Below are positions 1-12,300 of a stretch of DNA of 64,000 nt, piece by piece. Origin of the DNA: Pavona decussata (taxonomy: Eukaryota); assembly GCA_977016875.1 (NCBI GenBank), contig CDRNST010000241.1, positions 992,001-1,056,000 on the forward strand, read 5' to 3'. Position numbers and translations under genes: made by a program. The notes under the pieces were generated by a model. The model saw only the letters and a list, made by a program, of their open reading frames with translations. It ran no database searches and was not told where the DNA came from. Numbering within the stretch: the stretch's first letter is position 1; the number at the start of each line of letters is the position of its first letter.

Positions 1-187
1 AATTTTTACCTGTATTATTTTATCGGTATTTCTATTGTTCATTTTAAAAACATTTGGTCACAATAAAAATGTTCTTAACTGACTCTCAGCCTGGGTAATG
101 TTCTTAGTATGTTTTTCAATTTTAGTCAATCTCAGCCTCAACGTTCTTAAAAAAGGTTTTTATAAAAATGAAAGAGTGTAAAATGAC

Positions 188-382
188 TCTTTTCTATGAT
201 CTCAGAAATTCTTCTTGGGCTTCGGCGTTTTGATTGCGGTTTCGGAGGTTCATGCACACTTTCTACGCTATCATCGTCCATTTCTTGTCCAGTATCTGTT
301 AATGTAGACTGGCTGACCTCCGCCAGTACATGTATGTCCTTGTCAGTTAGAGGCTTAGCATCAAAAGAACTGAAATCATAAT
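188..382 (-). CDS. Possible exon of a neighbouring minus-strand gene (unknown, acidic/basic low-complexity protein)
   Basis: Minus-strand acceptor ccttatttag followed by an open frame DYDFSSFDAKPLTDKDIHVLAEVSQSTLTDTGQEMDDDSVESVHEPPKPQSKRRSPRRISEIIEK; 3' end uncertain. Confidence 0.4.
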
Positions 383-695
383 CTAAATAAGGATCGATTT
401 CGATAAAACATTTTAGAAGGAAAATTAACGATAAGGTCGTATTACGTTTTCATTGTTAATTTTCCTCATAATCTAAGTCTTCAAATATTCGAGTCATTCA
501 GGGTCAGTTTCGCCCAAGGGAGCCAAGAATTGGTTCGAGTTTGTGGTTGTTTCGAGTTGTCGATAGAGCGTTCAAGAAACCAGGGGTAAAAATACAGGGT
601 CTGAGTGAAACAAATTAAAGAAAAACGACTTCTGGTTCGAGATATCGTGATTTCCGAGAAATCGAGGGTTCAAGAAATCGCGATTGCATTGTATT

Positions 696-936
696 AGAGA
701 GGTTAAGAATGATGTTAACGGCGAACGGCAAACGTGAGATATGACCACATGACAATGTTTATCCTATATTTGCCGCTTGCTGTTTTCAGTTTCTCTGTCA
801 AATCGAGTAGTTTTGCGTTTGCATCAAAGGCCAGAACTAGTTTACACTATTCTCATCTTTGTACTCTTTATTTCAAGAAAACATAAACGCGAATCTCTGA
901 GTCAAGTTTGCCGTAAACGCGATTCTTAATCTCTCT
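696..936. mobile_element. MITE with TIRs and 3-bp ATT flanks
   Basis: agagaggttaagaat ... attcttaatctctct. Confidence 0.65.
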
Positions 937-2804
937 ATTATTTATTTGACTTTTGTGTTGTGTTGGTTTGTTTTGTTTTACTTTTTTCTTTTCAGTCAAT
1001 CTTTGACTGTTTTGTTTCAGATTACTCACGTGTGTGCGTGGTAAGGTGGCTACGCTGCTGTTTAGGGACCGGTCAAAAAGTATAGGGTGGGGCGGGCCGA
1101 AGCATTTGAAAATGTGGTGGATAAAAAACACATGGCCCAAATTAAGATTGAATGTTACATGATCCAAAGCTTATTTCAGCTTATTTCTTACAGTACTATT
1201 AGCAAAATTGTCATTAGCTTCAGAGAGCAAATAAAAGTACTACTACTTCTTCTTCTCCTTCTTCTTCTTCTATCCTTATACATTATGTGGGGATACATAA
1301 TAATATTTTAACTACTTCGCTTTGATATTCTCGTTCGGTGCCCTTCTTACTTCAATAGCTTATCTTCTGTGAGTCCACACTCGCTGTTACTCTGAACTGC
1401 CAGTGAGTGAGCCTAACCGGGTTAGTTCGTTAGTGAAAATTACCTTAATTTAAGTTACCATGTGAGATTATAGGCAGATGTCCGTCTGTTTAAAACATTA
1501 TTTTTGATGATAAACGAATTAATCAGAAAAAAATAATATTTTGTTTCAAAACAGCAATAGGTCTCTCAGTTGCCAATAGGTGATGTCAGCGATATTTTTA
1601 GTAGAGATGAAAGTTCTGCTAATTTATGCGTAGTCTAAACTTTGAACCCAAGAAAAACTGGCATACATCCAATCACAACTCAGCGCAATAGCCAAGCAAA
1701 ATAACTGTGAGGAATTCACTTTACTTTAACGTTGAGAAGTGAATGGTATAAAAATTCGAACACATTGCAAATTCGAGTTTTATCTTAACTTGGATTGTAT
1801 TGTACACCCGGCATTGGAAGGTCTTTTAAGTGCTAGCTGTGGGGGATGAGGCCTCACTACACTTAACTGTCTGATATCGTAAGTTGGTTTGAAGTGGAAA
1901 AATATTCAAGACAGGAAAAGCCTCTCTTGATCTCTTTGAACCAGGAAAATTAGCCTTAGCTAGGTCAAAGTCGACTACTCAAAATTGAATTTATTCATGC
2001 ATATACCTCAGTGACTGATGGTAGATTCGGGAATACACCAGTTTATCACATTGACTCTTGATACAAGTCGCGTGCTTTTCCTTGTGCGTATGAGGATCGG
2101 TGCAGGCGTGTTATATCCACGCGACAACTTTTGGATCTCATTGGTTTGTGGACTAACTGCAATAAGCGTGTTGAGTTTCACGGTTATTCATGCCGACTAC
2201 AAATATAATCTTATCGTTTCAAATCTCAAGAATCCCATAAAAGGAAACCATTGAAAACAACACTGAGACAAAGGTAAGCATATTTTCGTATTTCTAGCTT
2301 TTAGAGTGTATTTGTTCCTTTCCCCTATATACAGCTGTTGTATTTTGTCCCATTGTGATAATGTATGCAACCGAACAGGTTAATGTATGCACGTACGGCT
2401 TAAATTACCTGTCGAAGGGGGGTAAGTGCTGACGTATGACGTTTAAATAATGATTGTCACTGGACTAGTTCCCAGGGCTTTTCCCAAATCTTCAAGCTAG
2501 GAAAAAGCCCTGGGAACGAGGTTGAGTAGTTATGACAAACGTCTAACTCACCTCAAACTGTTTTATCGTTCTAGTGAATCCCTTGTCAGATTTATTCCCG
2601 CTAGCTCTTAAAATTTGCCTTACTCTTACTTTTAATTTTACACAAGAAAATTGCTCCTGTTGGTAAAATATTCAGGCACGAATTAAAATTGGCCCAATCC
2701 ATGAGGTCCTTTTTCGCGTCCTCGATCCAGTTTCTCTTTCCCTAAGGCTCTTTCTCTTACTTTCTTCCTGAAAATTAGCGATGCGTAACCAGGCACCCAT
2801 CGCC

Positions 2805-3100
2805 TACCTGTCGTCCAGACGTATACGTATCCGATAAAACCGGTAATCGAAAACGGAACTTCTCGAAAACAATGGTCGTTAAATTTGGCCTCATGATGTC
2901 AAAGTTAACGAAAAGTTCCGTCTTCAGGTTTCCATACCAGAACACGAAAAGGGCGTCATCAAAACTTTCCACTCTGGAAAACGTTTTTGAAAAGTTGCAT
3001 TTTCGATGACAGTTTTTATCGGGTAAGCAAAGACAGAAGACCGGTAAACTGAGAAAAGGATGGGTTTGCAAACAAAAATAGATACGTGTGGACGGGGCCT
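2805..3100. mobile_element. Degenerate Harbinger-like MITE
   Basis: Right end cgtgtggacggggcct|taa; degenerate left end cgtccagacgtat. Confidence 0.45.
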
Positions 3101-4068
3101 TAAACGATAGAGAAAGCTATCATTGGAACAGATGTTACACAAGATAGCTACAGTTGCCTACTGATTTTTTGCTATAAAACCTAAACTTATTAAATGGTTT
3201 CAACAGACTGGAGAGGGAGTTGAAAAAAGATAATAGTTATTAAACTTCAGAACTAGTCTTCTACACGGCCAGGGGTGAGAAAAAATTAACAATCCCCAAA
3301 CTTCAAATGAAGATTACTAGTGTATGATTATGATCTACATGAATGACGTGGCGCTATCCCATCTATGCAAACGACAACAAGGGTAATGCAATTTGCTCTA
3401 TGTACAAAGGATTATATCGCCAAAATATGCTGACAGACTAAATGATAACATAGGAACATGGGTCATAAAATATTATATATCGTCTGTTGAAGCCATTAGG
3501 GTTTCGCTCCGTGTACTGGAGGCCTAAGCTTCCACGCCCCCCCCCCCTCCCAAAAAAGACAAAAAAAACAAAAAGACTCTCGGGTTCTAAGGTTCCATGA
3601 CTTTACTTGTGGCTCATTGTGGCCTCTATGTAGCCAAAATGAATATTCTTTGTTTGTCTGGGCTCCAAGTAGACAAAGGCTTCACAATGCGGACTCCACG
3701 GCAAAAATTTCTTTGCTCCGGACTCTAAAAACCTGGACCTCTGTTTTGGGATTAGAAAGGTCTCGATTTTTTCCTTTTGGGATAAGGTAGGCTCTTCGTC
3801 CAATATGCGGGAGATGTCTTTTGAAATACTCTCCGGAAGATGAGGGAGACTGGCACGAGTGAGGTATTAGGAGACAGAAAACATCTTTACCCAGTTCTCC
3901 CTTCGGCTTGATTTCTTTCACATCCTTCATGCCCAGTTGCCCCCAACGGACCTTGAATGAAAGGAATTATTGGAGCATAAATTTAGTCATAACATGAAAC
4001 AATGTATATGACATGATATGACAATATTATTGATGATCATGAATTCATTAGACTATAGGATTATATTC

Positions 4069-4205
4069 GGCCATGAACTTCACTATGACAGCGAGGCTAA
4101 GTGCAAAGCTTTTTATATCAAAATTAGTTTTGTTGGCATGATTAAAACTTTGCACGAAACCTCGCTTCCACAATGAGGTTCAAAGCAACTCGGAAATGGC
4201 CCATT
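4069..4205. mobile_element. Palindromic ~170-bp MITE family, copy 1 (internally deleted)
   Basis: gcgaggctaagtgcaaag ... tgaggttcaaagcaactcggaaatggcc, shared with three other copies. Confidence 0.75.
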
Positions 4206-6256
4206 AGTGGCCGGAATCTGTGAACAAAATCGGATTGTTTGAAAAGCCTGTTGACGCATTACACCGGCTAAAAAAATCTTTTCATTCACGAACTCATTCA
4301 CGAGCTAAAAGGAGATTACCATAAAATTTTGAATGCAAGCTCTGGGTTTATCAAGTCGTCCAAAGGAATTTTTACGTTTTTTTTTTTTTGGGTAGGGCTT
4401 GATTCTGTGGATGGCGTATCTTTAAGGGGGGGGGGGGGGTTGTATTTCGAAATTGGTTGGGTTAAAGCTTGAAACACCATGCAAGCGAGCATTAAAGTAT
4501 GTAACCGTAGCTGGCCATGTGTTTGTATTCAAAGTGAGGTTGTGGGAAATAGCATATTTTTTTGGGAGGAGGAGGGGGGAGGTGCAAGGGGCTGTTATTC
4601 AGCTAGCATTTTACGCGACTGCCGGCAGTCTAGAGGTTACTATGTTTTAAGTTAAAACGTTAATGCTCTTTTTACAGTACCATATATTTAAAATTTTCTC
4701 TCGTGAATCACAAAGTGCCCTGGTAAAACATAACGCCCTCCCTGTCCTCCTTCCGGTTTTACCGGTTTATTCTCAGACAAAAGAAGTATTTAAACTGTTT
4801 ATTCAAGCGAGGATTGAATAGTTCCAGTAGACTATACTTATGATTTGTGAAATAATTCTTTGTGCAGCCGTCTGCAGAGATAAATTTAGACCGCAACGAA
4901 TGTTTTCTAAAACCGTTCTTTTAAATAGTTTTCTTGTGCAGTCGCATCCAATACGAATATCTGCCTGACCATCCTTCCAAACCTGTAATCATTACCTGAG
5001 CGTTTTGTTTTTACTCCGAACACTTACTTACGTTATGCTTGATCACGCGATAGTTTGTTCTCGATTCGCCGACTGCCACATATACTAACTTGGCCGGAAA
5101 TTACTTCACATTTTCAAAAATACCACGCAGTTGTTTTGTTGTTAAGTCTTCCTTGATAAAATTCCTCCTCTTAGAGTAAGGAGGTTCATTTTGGTTTCGA
5201 GGGCCTGACGTCTGTGCCAGAATTACGGCAAAATTTCAAACGGTTGTTTGCTCGTAGATCTCGTTACCAGGCGATGTATATTTTTACATCGATGTCGGTT
5301 CATTGCACACGAAACACGCAATTCGTTATCATCGATTATTTTAAGAGATACATCTATTTATTAAGATTAGCCGTGAACACACGAAAAGCGTCTTCTAATT
5401 CGACGTTAATTTTTTTCAAAAATTCTTAAATACTTCAAACACAACAGTTCAGCCAAGTACATAAAATTCGGTTCTTGTTATATTTTTTAAGTTTTCTTCA
5501 AAGATACTTTGGCGAAACTATCCATCTTTTCTGGTATTTCAACCTTATTATCTTGACCTCTCTTAACAACCTTCCCTAGGTGGTCATATTTTCTGTCACA
5601 GTTGGCTTGGCCTAAATTCAATAACTGTAGACTAAAATATTCAGCTTGGCACGTAGGCGGGACTAAGTGAGTCGATTATTCCACCCATGTTTTTGATGTA
5701 GAGGAAAGTTTTTTTTAGGCTTTTTAAAAGGAACCACTTCATTAAAAATTCGCTAATAAACGCCTGTCGAAAGATGGTTCGTAACATAAACAGATCGTCC
5801 ATCGTGACAACGTGAATTTAACGAGAATATTACGCGCCAAAATACAACGTGTCACGCGGATCACTGCAAATCGCTGGCTTCCTTTCCTTTTGACCAATCA
5901 TAAGGCACAGACAGATGTAATGAATATTCAAAGAAGGGAAAACATGGTGGTCAATAGGTGATGAGGAAGATTTTGCGAGCCCGTATTATTGCTTTTATTT
6001 AGTGGTTTGGAGTTGCTTTACATCCCGAGCTGTCTTGGAGCAAACGAGGTAGTGTGTGACTTTTACAACACCCATACGCTTGTTGTATTTGGACAAGCTC
6101 CCGAGACTAACGTAAGCGCTGTTAATAATTTTGTTTGCATGTGGAAATTTCTGGTCGTCGAATGCACTTCCAAACGCTAGAATCGATCAAGTCCCACGCA
6201 CTTGCTCATTTTATGAAAGCAGATGAAGCGGTTGTGGCTTGAAGAGGCTGTCCGTT

Positions 6257-6356
6257 ATGTCTAGGCCGACTACACCGATACAACACAGGCAGAGATCCCG
6301 CTCTGGAACTCGAAGCCCGGCGAATGTAGCTGACAGGGCTGTCTGTAAAATTGCAG
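6257..6356 (+). CDS. Spectraplakin alternative first exon 1a ([33 protein letters not shown])
   Basis: ATG with in-frame stop upstream; phase-1 donor GCAG|gtac matches exon 2; [10 protein letters not shown] matches the plakin motif AERAV.RIAD. Confidence 0.85.
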
Positions 6357-9300
6357 GTACGACTCTTACTTATGCATATAAAGCCTAACGTTATTAGTTA
6401 ACCGTTAAGAAGAACAGGAAACTGTAAAGAGATACTAAAGTACTCTTCCATTTCTCTTTCTTTTGTCGGTTTTGGTTCGTCATGTCAAAAATATAACTAA
6501 TGTGCACCAAATGACCCCTCGAAGTTTGATAAGCTTATATTTATTGACTGGTTTTGCTCGATAAAAGTTTTCCCAGCTCAATATAATTATCCAGACTTAA
6601 ACGTGCTAAGCGGTTCTCCGTTGCTGGTCTGGCTTATTAGGTGCCAAATAGGGTAAAAAATGATTTGGCATTTTATAGAGTAATATGTGGGGTAAAGTGT
6701 TTATAAAAGTATATATATGAACTTATCTTTCAAGGGTATATTTTCAGTATCAGATTGTTTATTATTGGTCTTTGCAAGAGCAGTGCCACTTCTGTTAATA
6801 TTGGGCGGCTTGATTCAACGTGCTCCACTCCACAGTCGTAGCTATTTGTGATTTTTAATTTCTTTGTCGGGGCATGTTTGTTTGCTGTTTGAGACAGAAT
6901 GGCGAAGAGTTACTTGTAGCCAAAAATAGACATGGAAATGCAGTTAGGGTGAGCGAAATCTACGGATTCGAATAAATTTTAAATGAACGATTTCATTGCG
7001 TCTGGAAAGACGAACTTTGTGTCGACGAGCTCTGCATTTGCATAAAATTAAGAATTTATTGGACTGTTGGATATTCCGCAACGAAGGTCACATATGTAGG
7101 ACATTCGTGCCCACACCCCAAAGAACGTTCTCATGTTTCTGCAAGCGTATATTTGACTGATTGACTGCTGGGTTGGCACATTCCCTTGGTCACAGAACGC
7201 TCAATCTCTCATCACGCAAAATCGTGCGAGGGACAAAAGCTCGCAAAACAGTTCATACTTCAACTCGATGTTCCCAAGAGGCTGAATTTAAATAACACTT
7301 GCATAGGAAATTATCACCGCCTGGGATCGCAAGTTTCCGGAGATCTCGTGTACTTGGTTTCAACCCTAGTTGGCGTGGTATAGTCAGTGTCTGTCCGGTT
7401 TTATATCGATCGCTCCGTAACCAAAACAAGGCGATGAATAAGGGAAGAATAATTTGATTTCATGAATGGAAGTGTAGTGATCGTCCATAGTGTTAACTCA
7501 TTTGTCTTGTGAGTAATCGAATCGTCTCGATCATTGATTCAACAACAACGAAATATGGCGGACACCGAGACGGGAGAGTTTAAAGACGACGAAGACGTTC
7601 ATGAGCTTATGATCGAATTAAGGCGGAGCGAACCAGGTAATTTGCTTTCTTTTGAAAGACGCTGGTATCGCAAAGAGTAGCCATGTGAATATGTGATGCG
7701 TTAAATTGTTAGCACTGCGGTTGAATTATCAAAAGTTTACATACCATAGTTCTAAGCAAATTTAATATAGAAGCTTGTACAACTCGGCTACCAATATCCA
7801 CTCTAAAAAATGAGAAGTTTTATTTCTCCGAGATCTAATGCCTCCTCGGATCTTGCACGGTCTTGACAAACATCAGATTCATGAGAGGTAGTCTCATGAT
7901 TTCACGATCGAACCCTCTACGATTGATATTTTTGTTTTCTTTTCTCCCCCAAGAGAACAACCCAAATTGCGGTGATCTAATTGCTCGCCGTTTTAGCAAC
8001 TAATTAGGGAAAGTTATAATGTAACTTTCTTCCTTGTTGGCTTTCAGATCACAGGGATGCAGTGCAGAAGAAAACTTTTACAAAATGGATCAACAATCAT
8101 CTGCAGAAAGTAAGCTTGTCAATTTCCATCAGTCTGTTACTAAAGGTTGTCAATTTCAATTGGCTTACTGTTCCTCGTCCTTGAACCCTTTTACTAAAAG
8201 TACAAATTTGAACTCAAATTCTTGAATTCTTGTAAAACGAGCAGAGTGTCACAAAAACTCCACCTTAACCATTGGAATTTCCTTAATGTAGCTCTTTTTA
8301 AATTAATGCTTATTCTTGGGTTTGATCTGTAAACCATAAGCTTACACTTTGTATAATCTTAAACTTACGTAACAAAGGAAAAAAAAGATAAACATAAATC
8401 TCGACCATAATTAAATCCTGGAACATAATGTGCTAAGAATATTTATCCTTTATTTTTGTATTTCTATAATTTATCAGAATTTTATTGTTTGTCACAAAGA
8501 GTGATGGCTTATTATGAAACTGTTGCAGTCTTTTAATTACAACTAGTTTAAAGCATGAGAGTTTGCAAAATTTAATACTTCATAGTCCATTTTCTAGCAC
8601 TGAGTTGTATTATTTAAAGTCCAGCTGTTACATTTCAAAGAATGTGTGTTTATTTGTCTCATATTTTTTTGCAAGGGAGTCAAACTTAGTACCATGTTAG
8701 CAGAAATTGTTCACAACCCCTAGAAAAAGATATTGTTGATAGATATTAGAGATCTCTGCTCTCAGGGTAACAAATACTAAGTTAAATAGCTCAGAATAGA
8801 GGCTTCCTGGCCTATCCTTTGGAGCTGTTCCTAGAAGATTTTTTGTTCAACAACACAGGAATTGACGGCATCCTTTCCAAATTTTTTGTAATGAAAACAA
8901 ATACTAAGTTAAACAACTCAGAATAGAGGGTTCCTCGCATATCCTTTGGAGATGTTTCTAGAAGATTTTTTGTTCAACAACACAGGAATTGGCGGCATCC
9001 TTTCCAGAATTTTTGTGATGAAAAGGTTTCCTGTCTGATACCTTTTTTCATCACATGGTACAAAAAACAAAAAACAAAAAAATAAAAATAATAATAATTA
9101 AACAAATAGTGAACTTACCTTCATCAATTTTGTGTTTTAGTTTGATATTTTTCCTGATTCTTATAAAATTAAGCAAGCTTTGTGATTATCTCGTATGGCT
9201 AAAACTACTGATCTCTAGGAATTAACTTTTTAAAAATTATGATGAAAGACGCAAGCTAATTTTAGCATAAATGCAGACCATTGTCAAAATTGAGGTCAAG

Positions 9301-12300
9301 TCAAGATGTTGAGATATTGGCCAAATTCAGAATCCAGACAACAGGATCAATATCCCATCTTATTTATTGAGCAAGCATGGTCAGTATTGAAGGAAATGAT
9401 TTAATTTTCATGGAACTTAAGTTGAAACCACGAGTATTTCCACGGCTGGGTGAATCTTTCCTTCTTTGACAAAACAATTTGTCACTAGAAGTCATCAGTA
9501 GAACTTTAACATGAATACTATTGTGTTTTGTTACATTATGAAAAATTGGTACTTAAATGAACATACTTTTCTTATGGGTCCAAATAGTTGTGAACTATTA
9601 ATAATTATTGTATTTTAAATATAGTGTCCTGCTTACACAAAAGGAACCTACTTGGTGTCGCTTTAATGGTTCATTGTGTTAATTTATTAAAGGGAAATTT
9701 CTAGAATTAAGAAAACCCTTCACAAATATTTCAAAATTTCCATATAAAATTAAATGTGAAATTGAAAAACGAAAAACAAAAAAACAAAAAACAACAATAA
9801 AAAAAACAGTTCACTTTGTGTCAGAAACTAAATGCACTTAAAAGTATGTACAGTGTACACTGTGAATTAACTGTAAAAAATGGCTAATGATTAATTAATG
9901 AATAATTGGATTAACAAAGTTTTCAAAATTATTGATTAGAGTAGTAACAGTCAAGCCCTAACAGCCTTTTCCGGGTCCATAATGATCACCTTTTTGTAGC
10001 GGCCTTGTTTTCTTGTCCCCTGATTTCCAATCGATTTGCTCAAACAAAAAATGTTTATCAAAACCTCCTGGACAAAGGCAGCTAATGTAGAAAGGTTTAA
10101 AACTGTATCTTATGTAAAAAACTGTATGCAGAAACATTTGCATCGCAGTGCAGTGTCAGTGCCGACATTTATGGTATGCCACAATGTGGTCCAAGTTGAT
10201 TTTAAAATCAAGTTTTACTTTCTTTGAAGGTTAATGTGCGAATTTTGGATCTTTATGAGGAGCTGCGAGATGGGAATAATCTTTTATTACTGTTAGAGCT
10301 TCTTTGTAAAACAAACTTGGTAAGTTTTGGTAAAAAAAGTTTGCAATAACAAGTTACTTAAAATCATTAATCAATTGAAATGGTTTAATTAGGATTCTCT
10401 TCCCATAAAACCCCTGCTGGGTCATTCATTTCTTTTACAACAGGTCAGCAGGGGTTGTGTACATTCAAACACAGCATTTGAAATTAATACGATGAGGTGT
10501 TTATTCATGCAAATATAGGTTATAGTACTCTCATCCTCCATAGTAAAATTCAAATGAAGAGTAAACTAAAGAGTTGCTCCTACAAATTAATTTTCTTGGT
10601 TCACGTTGGGGGTGGGGTGGGGTCTAAATTTCTCCTTCTCTATTAATGTTTTAATCCCCAGTATCAACTTGTTTATTCCCCTCTCCATTCTCAATACATT
10701 TCTTATGGTGCAAAAGAGGAGAATTTGTATAAACATTGAGGCATGTTTCTTTGATGATCATTTCCTTTAACCTCATGTCCTGCTGTGTGTTTGATTCTAA
10801 CAGCAGTAGTGATATGTAGTCTGAAATGTCAGCCGTCCCCTCCCCTTAACCTACAGGGGGCGCGGGAAAGAGAGACTCCCATGCCCCCTGTGTTTTAGGG
10901 GGAGGAGACGGCTGACATTTCAGACTAGTAGTGATATTGAGGAGAAAATAATAATATTGAATCCTTTTGGGGCTTGCAGGGTTAAATGAGCCAAACTTTT
11001 TAAACGAAAGTATAAAGCTAAACTGAGGGTCGTACAGGGGTATTTTCGTGATGCGTGATTAGCTGATTTATTTCCCATGAAACGCGAATGTAATAAATTA
11101 TTCTTCGTAATCCGTGACCTGAAGGTTTTGCGTGACCCGAGAAGAGCTTGAAAATGAAATTTTCATTTCCGTGATCCGTGATTTGCTATTTTTTCTGTTC
11201 GTAAACGGTGCAAGAGACTCCCCCTGTACGACCGTCTAAACTGTAAGTCCCAGATGGACAGGGCTCAAACTAAAATACCCTCCCTTTGAGCTGTAATGAT
11301 ATTTTCAGGCAGAACACCTTACCTCAGGCTGTGTAAGTAAACCTGCCAATTTACAACTGTAATTTCTTCAATAAAAGATAGTACTGTAATTTGATTGTAA
11401 ATGGAAGAAAGATGCTGATCATCCCAGTTGATTAGTTAGTGCTTTTGTTATTCAATTCAATTCTCTTTTTGTTGCCTTTTAGCCAAGAGAGAGGGGACAG
11501 TTGAGATTTCATAGACTCCAGAATGTCCAGACTGCACTTGAATTTCTTCAGTCTCAACAGGTAAGCTGCAAATATGACTTGATCAACCTTCAAATGTCAA
11601 GGGGACACTGTAACAGCCAGCTAACTAGTTTTGTTTTCATGTTAGGTTAAACTTGTAAACATCCGAAGTGAAGACATAGTGGATGGCAATCCTAAACTTA
11701 CCCTTGGATTAATATGGACAATCATCTTGTACTATCAGGTCAGAATATTCATTTGGCTATCTTCTTTTAACCCTATCTAGACCAGGAGGGCGGATTTTAT
11801 TACAGTTGATGTGATGTCTTACAAGATTTTATCAACTTAATAAATGTAGATGTAGTAGATGTAGATTCTGCCCGCGGCAAATTTGAACCTGATTTATATT
11901 TTAATATTTGAGCAAACGCCCTGAAACTTCAGGACTTTTCCAAAATTTATCTGCAGGGAAAAATTTGATGTGGTTGTGGGTGTTGATTGAGTTTGATGTT
12001 ACCATGGCAAGCCATTTTTGACAGGCAATTTTTTCAGAAAATAGAAACCCTCTTTTTAAAATGAAGAAAAATCACTTTTCTTCCCGCAACGTTTATGTTT
12101 TTAGCTCATATTAGTGTTCCTTTACTAGTTTTGATTACTTTCTGTTCAATTTTGGCTGATCCTGAAGTTTTGGGAAAATCCAGAGATCCAAAATGGTGGA
12201 TCCAAGATGACTGCCATTTGGCAATCATGACCTAATTAGCACGTCATAAGATGATGTTATCGCTTTGCATTGCAGACCTCAATGGTGACATCTTTGGATG

